A DNA stretch of 64,000 nt from the human T2T-CHM13v2.0 reference genome, Homo sapiens: NCBI RefSeq assembly GCF_009914755.1, contig NC_060936.1, one strand, 5' to 3'. The position numbers and the translations under genes were made by a program. Below, piece by piece: positions 14,635 to 27,797 of this stretch (its first letter is position 1; the number at the start of each line of letters is the position of its first letter). The notes below the pieces were generated by a model. That model saw only the letters and a program-made list of their open reading frames with translations, was not told the origin of the DNA and made no database searches.

Positions 14635-15200
14635 TGAACCCAATTTTAATAGGAGATTTCTCACAACTACAGCAAAAATATCGGGCAACCAATTAATAAT
14701 CTGCTTTGTCCATAAGGAAAAGGCAATTTCTCAGGTGAAGTAAAGCTCTTTCTGAAATAAATCTGAATAAAATTTCTTTTGGACAGAGTGATGTAATACG
14801 CTTCTTCATCTACAAAAAGGACATAGCAGACCTCATTCAGCTGTTGTATGATTTTTTAAAAATTAGTGCAGGAAAATGATAAATTGTCTCACTTTACATG
14901 GCTTAAAGTCTTAAACTTTCAAAAATTCAAGCTGGAGTAAATAAAAGTGGAGTTGGGCTAAAACTACTGGTGACACCCAAAATTATCAGCTTCAAACATC
15001 AAGATGAGGCCCTAACATTTTCAATGTGGACTTGCAGTAGATGCTTTAGCCTAGGTGAATTTTCTAGAAACAAATGGGTGGCAAGCACTCTCTCTTGTCT
15101 GCATCTCATACATGTTTTTATTATTGTAGTTATGGCACTGTAATTATTTACAGTCTCTAAGATGGCCATTCCACATCTTATTGAGTATGTATATTCATAC

Positions 15201-15265
15201 ATACTCAGTAAGTGTTCACTGAATTAAATAATACTCAATAAGTGTTCACTGAATTAAATAATACT
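15201..15265. repeat. 30-bp tandem duplication
   Basis: ATACTCAGTAAGTGTTCACTGAATTAAATA / ATACTCAATAAGTGTTCACTGAATTAAATA / ATACT. Confidence 0.95.
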
Positions 15266-15515
15266 GATGTAAATAAAACCAAAGTCAACAAAATACTTAC
15301 TGTATTACAACAGTGAAATAGCTATTACAGTCCATAACTCCCAGCAACAGGGGAGACTAAGAATGTGAAACATGTCCCAGAGCACCGAAGCCTTCCAGGT
15401 AGCTACTTGATTTTTTCCATTGAAGTATTTAGTCTTATGGCATTTCATATGCTCCAGAATTAGACTATTCCATAAAGACAGGAATATCTGCACTGGCTAA
15501 GCACAAAGCCTAATT

Positions 15516-15932
15516 CAGTTGACCCTTAAACAATGTGGCGGTTAGACACACCAACCCTCAAGCAGTCAAAAACTCGCATACAACTTTTGACTCCCCGCAA
15601 ACGTAACTACTAATAGCCTACTGCTGACCAAAAGCCTTACTGATAACATAAAGTTAATTAACACATATTTTGTATATGTATTATATACTGTATTCTTCAA
15701 CAAAGTAAGCTAGAGAAATTGTTAAATCATTAGGAAGGAAAAATATATTTACTATTCATTAAGTGGAAGTTGATCATCATAAAGGTCTTCATCCTCATAG
15801 TCTTCATGTTGAGTAGGCTGAGGAAAAAGAGGAATGGTTGATTTTGCTGTCTTCGACGTGGCAGAGTTGGAAGAAAATCCATGTGTAAGTGCACCCACGC
15901 AGTTAAAACCCATGTTGTTCAAGGGTCAACTC
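15516..15932. mobile_element. Tigger2a-like non-autonomous DNA transposon
   Basis: TIRs CAGTTGACCCTTAAACAA ... TTGTTCAAGGGTCAACT; ~417 bp. Confidence 0.85.
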
Positions 15933-16001
15933 CACATTACATACTTAAAATTTAAATTATCTGGGCTGGTAGGAAAATGCATTCAGGAAAGTAGTTAATA
16001 A

Positions 16002-16205
16002 TTTTCTTTTGTTCTTACAAATGGCCACATATATCTAGTGTAAATCACGCCAAATAATATTTTAAAAAAACCTTCATTTCAAGTTGTAAGAATAAACCCC
16101 TGGGGGAACTTTTTGGGGCAAGGACCCAGTGAAATAGATACCTCCCCAACTGGAATTCCTGAGGAGTGGAAATAACACACACAGGTTTAGTGGGTCTTGA
16201 ATTAC
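16002..16205 (-). repeat. Inverted duplication 1, arm B
   Basis: Contains CTGGAATTCCTGAGGAGTGGAAATAA, the exact reverse complement of TTATTTCCACTCCTCAGGAATTCCAG in arm A. Confidence 0.93.
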
Positions 16206-16954
16206 CTTGTAATTCAAGGTAAAACTTCTCTGTGACAGCTTCCTAAAGCGAACTGGTTTTGATGAACATCATTCTGTATTACACATACTGCTGTCTTAGT
16301 AAATAGTCTACTAAACACAAGTTAAACTTTAGCTAATGACAGAGTCATCATGAAGATGCTTTATCATGTTTTTAAAACGTCACCAGAGACTTATGTGCTG
16401 TAAGTTCTATTTGTTCTGTCCCTTCCTAGTGATTCTACCATTATCCAGACTGAATCCCAGTGTCCCCTTTTCTAATTTTTTTCATAACTTTTGCTTTTTC
16501 CCCTTCTTCTTCACTTTTTTTTTCCATCCCTGTCCTTCATTGCCTATGATAGGAGTGGGGCTTACTTTTTATCACCCTCAATGGCCAGGGAGGGCATTCT
16601 TTTCCTTCTGCTTCTGAAAAATGATCAGTAACAACGTATATTCTGTAACCTTGTCTTTTTATTCTGATCAGTGATTTTTGTCATTGGTAACTGTTCTGAA
16701 TTTCTTCAGTTTTTCCTACATTCTTTGTTCCAGACAACTGAAGGTGCCTGGGGATATACAGGAGAGGGCGAGTGCTAAGAAGTCAAAGCGTTCTTTTACT
16801 ATTATTTTCCTTACATACGCACTCACTTTTCTGCTTTCACTTAATTTTCAAAGTACAGTGCGGAAACTTCTACCAATGACTTACTAAATAGCTCAGTTCC
16901 TACATCAAGTCCTTAAAAGATTCTGGAAAAGAGGTAAGTAGCAGAGCAAAAAAG

Positions 16955-17378
16955 TATCTCAATCCACTTTTTTTTTTTTGCTATAACAGAATACCTGAGA
17001 CTGGGCAATTTATAAAGAAAACAGATTTATTTTGGCTTATGAGTCCAAAGGCTGAGGAGTCCAAGATCAGGGAGCCCATCTGATGAGGGCCTCATGCTGC
17101 TTCAACTCATGGTGGAAAGCAGATGGTGAACTGAGGAGGGCAAAGAGAACAGAACACAAGAAGCATCCTCACTTCATAACAACCCACTCTTGTGAGAATT
17201 CATCCATTCCTGCAAGAGCGAATCCATTCCAGAACTAACTGAGCCTCATGAGAAAGCCTTTAATCCATCTCAATGACCTAATCACCTCTTAAAGGCACCA
17301 CCTACCAACACAATCAAACTGGGGACTCAGGCCTCAGCATGAGTTTTGGTGAGGACAAACCATATCCAAACCATAGCA
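16955..17378 (-). mobile_element. MaLR solo LTR (MSTB/MSTC-like)
   Basis: Minus strand starts TGCTATGGTTTGGATATGGTTTGTCC; + strand has gctataacagaatacctgagactgggcaatttataaagaaa, typical of an MST LTR 3' end. Confidence 0.85.
17026..17031 (-). terminator. Candidate distal poly(A) signal AATAAA inside an MST LTR
   Basis: tttatt on the + strand, at the position where MaLR LTRs carry their own poly(A) signal; LTR is sense to YAF2. Confidence 0.5.
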
Positions 17379-17708
17379 GGAAGTTTAAAAAAGCGAGTGG
17401 CGGAAGCCTCAGTGGAAACGAAAACTTCTAGACCATTTACCATTAATGCAGAGGCTACATTCTTTCAGTCTATAAGGATCTTTATCTAAAAGTTAATAAA
17501 CATGCTATCAACTTAGAAAGGCTGAAGTTTCTCTTCCTTTTTAAATGTTTTCACTTTGTCTATTATCCACTATCATTTTAGGAAAGCATTTAATAAAAAT
17601 AAAACCTTTATTTCTATTGTATAATACAAAAGGTTTTAAGAATATTCTTCTGTGCCTCAAATTATATTCACTTTTTAAATATACATATATATATATATGT
17701 ATATTCAA

Positions 17709-17824
17709 ATTTTTTCATAGAGATGAGCTTTCACCATGTTGCCCAGGCTGGTCCTGGGCTCAAAATATCTGCCTGCTTCAGCCCAAAGTGCTGGGATTAC
17801 TGGCATGAGCCATCACACCCGGCC
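17709..17824 (-). mobile_element. Alu left monomer in the YAF2 3'UTR
   Basis: caccatgttgcccaggctgg...aaagtgctgggattac...cccggcc. Confidence 0.8.
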
Positions 17825-18339
17825 TATCTTCACTCTTACTTATAGCAAAGTAAGGTAATAAATGCTGGAAAACATCCAAATTCTTTTTGTATGGAATTTG
17901 GCTAAAAGAACCCAGTGCTCAAACCACACTGTAAGTTCATGAAACAGAGAAAAACATGTACCCTAAACCTAGGTTCTGAATCTTTCGCATATTTTAACGT
18001 CAGTTCTGTTTATGGAATTTGGGTCTGTTTTCCTGGTGTGGAAGTGTACTTGAAGTAGGGTGAAACAAAGGCAGGTTGAGATACCTGTGATTAATAAAAG
18101 TAAAATAATTTCAAGTCAACTTAATTCATTTCTCCAATCTCATAGTGCACACCCACCAGGTTCTTTAATTATGGAAAGATGGTCTTTCTGCATCCAGAGA
18201 AAACATCTGATATTACACTGAAAATTTAGTGAAATCTATAAAACACTATTACTTTAGGTCATCCAAGAGGGCAGGAAAATAACTGTTACAAAAAATATTT
18301 TTGTATTTTTGTAATGGGATTTTACCTATAACAATGGTA

Positions 18340-18560
18340 AAAGCTCACATTTACTGAGTGACCAGTATGTGTCAGATAATTAAGAATTTTACACGGATTG
18401 ACTTAATCCTCCCAAAAACCCTATAAATTAGATGTGATTACCATTATTAGCCCTGTTTTATAGATGGAAAGTAAGCTTGGGTAATTTAAGCTCATTTCCA
18501 TTCTACAACAGGATTCAAACATGAGGTGTCAGTTAGCACGCTTAATCTCCATGCTACACC
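18340..18560 (-). mobile_element. MIR inside the YAF2 3'UTR
   Basis: agctcacatttactgag...ttattagccctgttttatagatgg...ggattcaaac. Confidence 0.6.
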
Positions 18561-20493
18561 GTGTTCCCGTCTATGTAGAAAGATGAGTATCTTCCCACCT
18601 ATGTAGAAATATGAGTATGCTCCATTCAGGTAAAATCCCATCTCCTGTCAGATTTTTCTCTCTTGCAGCTCATTTAAAATACATCCTGAAAGTTATTTGA
18701 TCATAAGATGTAATTCCTTTAAAGCATAGTTTTTGACTTAAAAATTAAATATTTTCCCTATTACATTTTTAAATTTTTACTATCTCCAAAAATGTATAAA
18801 ACATTTGAAACATGTTAAAAACAGAATAAGACAAAAAAATTCATGTTTTAAAGGAACATATCTGGTTAGCTGGTATTCCATTGAAAGTATCTTATAATAA
18901 ACACAAATTTTAATTTTTCATTTAACAACACTAAAGAATGAGGTATATAAATGTTTTAATCACAGACTTTTACTGTATGCAATTAATTGTATTTCACAAC
19001 TAGCATCTTACAAAAAAGACAGTACCACTGTGCCTGTAAAAAGTACTGTAATTAAACAGAAAATTACATTACCACATGAAACCACCAAATATCACAACTG
19101 TTAGGGTCTACAGTTTTATTTTTTCTTCAAATGTTATCATGATGTCTTATGTGATATTTTGCATCCACATTCTATTTTTAAGTTCATTTACAATTCAGAA
19201 GTCTCCTTTAGGTAGATATATATTAAGCAAATGGTTAAGAGAAAGCAGGAGACCCCAGGAGAATTTAAGTACTGTGTGGTTTCTAGGTTGAAATTCTAAA
19301 TACAACATAAAACTCTTTAAATAGTTGTAAACAAAAATGCAAAATCTGTAGTCATAAAAATATTTTATTGGTAATTTTACATAGTATAAGTGGGGCTATA
19401 CTTTTTTCCTTTCAGGATACTGAGAAATGTGTAAACTGGCAGCTGTGTCTGAAAATAGGGTACTATGATTTTCATAAGAATTATTGTATTTAATAAGAAG
19501 CCAATTTGACTGATTTAAAATTAGTTATTTCCCATTTCTGTGCAATAATTCCCATTTCTGTTTTAATTAGATTCATACTTCTATGGCCCTGGATAAGTTT
19601 GGGACAAGAAAACAATGATAAAACTATCATTAAGTTAAAGCTTTTCTAAAATTGCAGCTTGTAAAATATGGCAAGTTTCTTTTCTCTTGTTTTTGCCAAA
19701 TGCTTATAATTATTTGAATTTTAATGTTTTATATGATACAGAAAATACCAGTGTTCAATGACAATAGCACTAAACCTGAATTATAAAGCTAAATAATCAA
19801 TGTTTTATTGTTTACTAGTCCGCTAGTAAACATTACAATAAATGAATGTTTTGAAAAATAAGCAAACAAAAAAACCTCAAAAAATAGATAAAACCAGAAA
19901 CATAATTCAGGAACAATAATTAGTAAAACGTGTCAAAAACATTGGCAAAGGTTCATACAAATTCTTTATTTAATAACAATTTTCCTATTTAACCACACCA
20001 AGTACCAGCAGGTGTATTTAAGAGGATAACCATTAAGAAAAACCTGTTGCAGCAATAGTTAAGTTGTTCTTTGACTTGTATACATATAACTATCTGTTTC
20101 ACAATTCTCAAATAATACATATTTAGGCAGCTTGCACTATGTTATAAAAAATTTAAATTCGTTACATGCCAATAGTAGAGAATTCAAGAATTATGTGTTA
20201 GAATTCACTAAACTAAAAGTGAAAATACACTTACCAATAACACTGCATAATGAATAATTCAACCACATTTTCATGGCACTTAACTGCAGAGACCAAAATG
20301 TTAAGTCTGGAAATGTTTGGTAGGCATCATTGCAATAAAATCTAACAAATTCTAACAAATTTCTATTTTATGTAAAACTCAAATTATGGATTGTGCATGA
20401 ATGTATCTGTCATGAAAATGTGGTACCTCTTGGCATAATCTGTGTATTTGCATGGTAGGACAGAAGTGACTAAGAAATTGGAGAAAATAAACT

Positions 20494-20731
20494 TTAATGA
20501 GATTCTCCATTCAATGATGAGGCTTCTCCTCTGGGTGAAGATGACCTGGACATTCCTCTCTCTGTGTTATCAGAGCTAGAGCCGCTTTGACTGTGTTGAT
20601 CTGCAGAAGCAGCACTAGATGCAGGCGGTGACTTTGTTTTCTCCTTAAAGTCTGTAATAATGACTGTCAGATCTCCAACAGTAACTTCCAAATGCTGAGC
20701 ACTACTCCGATCCACATTTTTCAATCTTGGC
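20494..20731 (-). CDS. YAF2: YAF2 last coding exon (YAF2/RYBP RING1-binding segment and Ser-rich tail)
   Basis: Acceptor tttttttatgtttag|G at 20732/20731. Encodes (R)[36 protein letters not shown]...NGESH, stop TAA at 20496-20494; 238 nt. Confidence 0.97.
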
Positions 20732-21517
20732 CTAAACATAAAAAAATGAAATTTTAAACTAGCTTTTCCCTCTACCAAATTTCTGAGCATATAATAAATA
20801 ATAAAAGTGGTAAAAGTAACAAAATGAATACATGTATTTAAGGCAATTTATGTGTAACTAGCCACAAAAACATCATAAAATGTTTCAACTCATTAACATT
20901 AATCAAACCAATCATTCATGAACATTCTTCAATGCAACCAAAAAACTGTGACAGCCTAGAAGTAGAACTTGTGCTTCTATAGCTGTATCATAATTTTGCA
21001 GACAGCTTATTAATTTTATTAAAATAGATGTTTTAGACAACAATGAAATAGTTGCACCATGGAGGAAGGTGATAAAAGCTAAGGTTGAGCTATATGCAAG
21101 GAAGACTGTTACTCCACTGACACACACTAATAAGGGTATCATGATTGTTATGACTGAACGCATGACCATTTTGATAGGTTAAAACCCATGCAATTATCTG
21201 TTCGGTATGTTGAAAACCACTCCTGGTTCAAATAGCTCTTCTTAAGGGAAAAACAAAACAAAACAAAACAAATCCAGACACAAATGTCTTCCAATCTCGT
21301 AAAAAGAAAAAAGCATCATCACATTTAAGCTTGTATTTCTGGCTTCTGTGTTTAATTTCCTATGTATCTTTCAAACTCAGTAAAACCTTTCCTGATACCT
21401 TATAATAAAGGAGACCAAATATTTTACTTCCACTTTGTGTATATTAGTATGTCAAGGTTAAAAAAATTAAATGGTTTTATTATTTCAAAAATGTCATAAA
21501 ACACTCTTCACATTTAC
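20732..21517 (-). other. YAF2: YAF2 last intron (786 nt)
   Basis: GT...AG bounded between the two coding exons. Confidence 0.93.
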
Positions 21518-21670
21518 CTGGTTTTCTTATGGCTATTCTTTTTGCTAGTTGTTTCCTTTTCACTTTTTTCTTTTTCTACTTTATCTTTTTTCTCTTTCTT
21601 TGACTGTGTAGGAGGCACAAACTGCTGAGTAACCTGCTGTGCAACCAACTGGGAGACAGGTCGAGGTTTC
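21518..21670 (-). CDS. YAF2: YAF2 penultimate coding exon (Lys/Glu-rich linker)
   Basis: Acceptor ...ttttaacatgcacacag|G and donor ACCAG|GTAAAT. Encodes (R)KPRPVSQLVAQQVTQQFVPPTQSKKEKKDKVEKEKSEKETTSKKNSHKKT(R); 153 nt, joins in frame to the last exon. Missed by the ORF track. Confidence 0.96.
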
Positions 21671-22904
21671 CTGTGTGCATGTTAAAAAGAAAGGTATTTT
21701 AAATTACAACTTAAAACATAAGTGCTTTATGACAGAATATCTCACATTATGAAAACAAGTTAATAACAATAACTTTCAAGTATAAAAATTCCTCATATGT
21801 AAGGTAATTTAAATATACAATTTTAAAGATATGTATCAGTTTTTCCCGTTCAACAAAAATGGAACAAACTATAACAATTAAAATTTATAGTCTAAGATAT
21901 ATGCTCAAACATTAGAATACTGTTACGTAAATCAACATAAGAAATTATTTTAAATGTATATCAAAAAAAATGGGATGTACCCATATAAACATGAGTTCTA
22001 AAAATCAAACTTCAAAGTTTTCACTGAAATAATAATTTATCCCTCCTTCAGAGAAGGAAATACCTGACCATTTGTGACAATGGCTATCTGTTCTTTAAAG
22101 CTTTTCATTTATTCATTTAATAAACATTTATTATCAAAATTTCTCACTCCTTATTGCTTAAATCCTTTAAGTTTCTTACATCTCCAGCCACAATCTCACC
22201 ATGCTCTTTTGACCCTGGAGATCTGCCCAGTCTTTTGAGACTCATCTACTTGCTAACTTACTCATTTAGAAAATATTTATTGAGGACCTACTGTAAGAAC
22301 TGTTCAGGGATATCTGAAATGTTGCCTGGCTTCAACATCTGATGCTGGTACAAGCTTTCACCTGTCCAGCTTTGCCACAGAACTTGCACAACTGAGGTTA
22401 AGGTTCAAAATACAGTCTCTAAGTTCTTAAGAGAGAAAGAAGGATATAGCAAGGAAAGAGGCAGAGGGAAGGAGGGAAGAAGTAAGATAAAAATACATTT
22501 TAACAGATGCTCTACAAACAATGGTAACTTTATTGCCTGAAAAATCCTCACCCTTTTTTGGTTAGTACAGTTTTTAAAAAATCTTTTTTTCTCCTGTTCC
22601 TCTATGGCAAGACAACATAAAAAATAATGAGAAAATATTGTACAATCTAAGAATTAAAGCTGCATGGCTGAGAGAAAATAGGAAACAGTATGTAAAGCAG
22701 ATATCAGGAGATGGATAATGAATTTTGCTCAGGGCCTAGACAGTCTGAACTACTGAAAGGATATCCAGGACAGATGTCCAATATACAACTTAAAAAATAG
22801 GACTGACATAGAGTTTGAGATGTAGATTAAGAGTTGCACAAATAAAAGTGATATTGAAAGTATGGTAGTTAATGGCTGAGGTTAAAAAAGAAAAGGGTTA
22901 AGGT

Positions 22905-23075
22905 GGTGGTTTTCAAATATAAGGTACATCAGAATCACCAAGAAGGCTTGTTTAGCTTGCTTAGCCCTACCCCGCAGGATTTCTGATTCAGTAGGCCTTG
23001 AAGTAGAGCCCAAGAAACTGTATTTCTAACTAGTTTCCAAGTTATGCTGATGTCTCTGGGGACCACACTTTAAAA
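22905..23075. mobile_element. MER5A-like hAT MITE
   Basis: gtggttttcaaa...catcagaatcacc...tctgattcagtagg...gggaccacacttt. Confidence 0.7.
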
Positions 23076-24691
23076 AAAAGCTTGAGGAAATGCAATATAT
23101 CTGGTGAATACTGTTACTACTATAAGATAAAGTTTGAGATGGAGAGCAGAGTGGCAGAGTGAAAAAAAACCAAGCTGGACAGATAAGAAGGGATCCCATG
23201 ATTAAAAGCTAAGCAGTCTGATTTTATCCTTAAGTGATGATAAGTCACTGAAGAAATTCAGACTTGAATTTTACAAAGATTACTGGCATTAGTCTGAAAT
23301 AGAAAGGTACTACACTACAGTAGAAGTAAAAATGTGAGACTAGTGGTCTAATAAATGATCATGTAATCTCTGTACCTAGTGTTGTTTGTTGTTATTTTCT
23401 AACCATCAACAAATTTTCTATAGTGGTTCTTTTTTTCTGTTCTTGAGTAGTTGCATATCTTTCTCTTTTTATCCTAGGCTTACCTAAATGTATACTACAC
23501 AACTATTCCATTTTTATTCTTATTTTAATGTGAAGGTTGATTTTCACTTAAAGATTATGATTTTGTACCTCAATTCTATGATTATTTCATCTGGTTCAAT
23601 TCTGAGAGAAAAGAAGCACAAAACATAAATGTATATAGTTCAATTATTCAAATAAAGTTCTCTGCTGCTCTCTAGGAGCTAAAGAGCTTTCACTGAAGGT
23701 AGGAGGAACACAGTTTATGATGATCTTTTTACAACATCGTAAGTCACTCAACTCCATGCCCTATTAAAAATAAAGCCCTTCTATCTCCAGGTATCTTAAG
23801 GTTTGTGATCCCTTTTCTATTTGATGAGAAAAATCAGGATAGGAGGAAATTTTAGAGGTAGGAAATAGTTAACTCAGGAAATAAAGGGCAGAGTATCATT
23901 TATAAAATATACCCTTTTATGTTCACAGATTTATCACTCATGGTTTTGACAGTACACTTTTAGTAATGCCAAAGGTTCTGTGATAAGGAGTTGATGTGCA
24001 CAAAATGGTTGCCTAGTTAATAAATGACTACTGTCTAGCCACTGGCCAACTACAGTCCATCATCTACTTATTCACATATGCCATGATTAGACTGTATTTG
24101 TCAGATATGATATTCACCAATTTGGGGATCCCTATGTATCTTTCATAGATAGCCCAAATAGAAGGTATAAGTTTTGCAGTCTGTTGATTTACTATAATGT
24201 AAGAAAAGGGGGAACATTTTATTACGCATTAGGACAAAATATTTTTGGAGCTGGCTGACCTTCTGTGTGAGCAGGAGGTCAATACATGTTGGCTTCATAT
24301 ATGCAATTTTCAACTACGGTCTGCCTTCCACCCCCACTGACAAAAATCCCATGTGCTAAATATTAGAGGAATAATATTTTCAGCTTGATCAACTTCATCA
24401 TAATTTAGCTTTGTCATGTTGGACAGGTAAGATGAAAGAAAGGAAAGAAAGAAAAAGAGTATTAAAAACAATGACATTCTTTACTAAAAAGAGGCAGCAT
24501 AACTCAAATTTCAAAAGAAGTAATCTGCTTAGTAACACCAAAATATATGGTAAATTGAAGCGATATGGTAAATCTCATCAAAAAAAAAAGGCTGGACTAA
24601 ATCCATACATATTGTGAATCTGTTGATACTCTGGCTAACAAACGCCCAAAAATCTAACCTAGGAAAGATTTTATAAAAAACCACCTGTTTA

Positions 24692-25051
<360 letters not shown>

Positions 25052-25318
25052 TTAACCATGAACAAGACAAACATAGGCCCTGCCCTCATGCGCTAAAAAT
25101 TAAAAACAAAAAAACTGTGTGTTGTGATAGAGAAAACAGGAGGAGGAGTTATTATAGACAGAGAGGAAATAACTTCTGTCCATGTTTAAATGGTCAGTAT
25201 ACCAGGAGAAACAGGTATCACAATGGACCCTTTTAATAAGAGAACAATGAAACGACTTCATTAAGCATTTTATTAAGACTTTAAAAGAGAGTAAACCCAA
25301 TTTCTTATTCTATAATAA

Positions 25319-25675
<357 letters not shown>

Positions 25676-25782
25676 AGGTTTTTTTTTTTTTTTTTTTTTT
25701 TAATGTAACTAACTCCTCATCAACTGTCATGCCTAATCCTATGAACATTCATCTTGTAAGTACTGATTCTTGGTTTTAAATT

Positions 25783-26130
<348 letters not shown>

Positions 26131-26940
26131 TAATAGGTTTTAGCTTTTCTTTACTTCTACCACTTCTTGGACTTGTATCATAGGATGCTTTACTTTTGAA
26201 ACCCTTGACAACTCATAATTTCTTGAAGAGACAGACATTCTCTCTGCTTCAGAATTACCATTTTCATTTGTAGATGAGGTACACATACCTACCTTTAGCA
26301 TCTGTCCACTAACGAACTATCTCAAGTAAATTTTTGTGTCAAATATAGAAGATAAAGAATGTTTTCACATGTCTTTAAAGCAAAACAAGATGCTCCAAGT
26401 TCTTTTTGCAAAATATTGCATGATAAAATCCTTTCTGTTGAATGACTACTTATATGAGAAATCATATATACTTTTTGTGCTCAGAAATATTTGTTCACTT
26501 ATCAATTACTGAGTTTGAGAAAAATGAACAAGGATATTGTCATCTGAAGACTCATGGTCTGAGATTTCCCTTATATGGTCAATTTCAACATCACTACAAT
26601 TTTGGATGCCACTATCACTGGCTTTACACCATCCCCTGATTCATCTAGTAACTGTGAAACATCTTGTAAATCTTCCTGTCATTAGGAGCAGAAAATGAAA
26701 AATTCTGAATTCTCAAATGTGTTCAATGAAAGTTAAAAAAAAAAAAAAGGAGGGCAAAGACTACAAAAATACTGTCTCTACACTTTTGTACTTTCTGGGA
26801 AGATGATAAAACACTGGATTTTTTTTTCAAAATTGCACTATCCTTCTAGATGATGCCACCATTTTTCTGTTTTCTTATTATTTTGGTCTCTTTTTAATAC
26901 AGTTGGAAATAACTAAGTAGTAAAGATAAAATAGTTCCTA

Positions 26941-27219
26941 GGAACAGAAAACCAAACACTGCATGTTCTCATTCATAAGTAGGAGCTAAACAATGAGAAC
27001 ACATGGACACAGGGAGGGGATCATCACACACCGGGGCCTGTTGGGGAGTGGGGGGAAAGGGGAGGGAGAGTATTAGGACAAATACCTAATGCATGCGGGG
27101 TTTAAAACCTAGATGACGGGTTGACAGTTACAGCAAACCACCATGACACATGTCTATCTATGTAACAAACCTGCATGTTCTGCACATGTATCCCAGAACT
27201 TACAGTAAAATAAAAATAA
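26941..27219 (+). mobile_element. L1PA (PA7/8-like) 3' fragment with long TSD
   Basis: Primate L1 3'UTR with G-rich tract; direct repeat ATAAAATAGTTCCTAGGA at 26926-26943 and 27220-27237. Confidence 0.9.
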
Positions 27220-27628
27220 ATAAAATAGTTCCTAGGATGTAATAGCAAACTATCTCAAGATATAGGAAAAAATCAAATAACTAAGATCCCGTTATATATG
27301 ACAGAAATATAAAAGGGACCAAAAGGTCCATATGGTAATTTCAAAAAATAAATGTTCTCCTTCTTTGAAGACCTCAAGGAAAGAACAAAACATAAAGTAT
27401 CAAATCTATAGGTAGAACCACTTGAAAAAGGACTCAAAAACTAAAATTGGGTCCAACTTAAGAAAAATCATTTGTGTATCTACATATTAAAACAATACAC
27501 ATATCCTGTAACTAATTATTTAAATATTACTGTATTAGAATTACCATTTTTGGTTCTTAGCTCAATGTTGAAAAATATAAATAGCACACAACAGAAATTC
27601 AATAAACGAAAAGCTGTTGAAAATTTCT

Positions 27629-27797
27629 GGCCAGGCTCGGTGGCTCACATCTATAATCCCAGCACTTTGGGAGGCCAACGCGGGCAGACTGCTTGGGCCC
27701 AGGAGTTTGAGACCAGCCTGGGCAACATGGCAAAACCCTGTCTCTATAAAGTTACTCAGGAGTGGTGACGCAGGCACATGCCTATAGTCCCAGCTAC
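27629..27797 (+). mobile_element. 3'-truncated AluJ-like
   Basis: Stops at agtcccagctac. Confidence 0.8.

Larger units (their letters stand above)
17005..20493 (-). other. YAF2: YAF2 3'UTR (3' end inferred; several candidate poly(A) signals)
   Basis: AT-rich, repeat-poor sequence after the stop. Minus-strand AATAAA at 19965-19970, 19804-19809, 19364-19369, 19115-19120, 17607-17612 and 17026-17031; ATTAAA near 18908-18913. Confidence 0.65.

Noticed and set aside
20732-20790. N-terminal [19 protein letters not shown] of ORF 20494-20790
   Set aside because: Intron sequence and polypyrimidine tract that happens to be open in frame; no promoter evidence.
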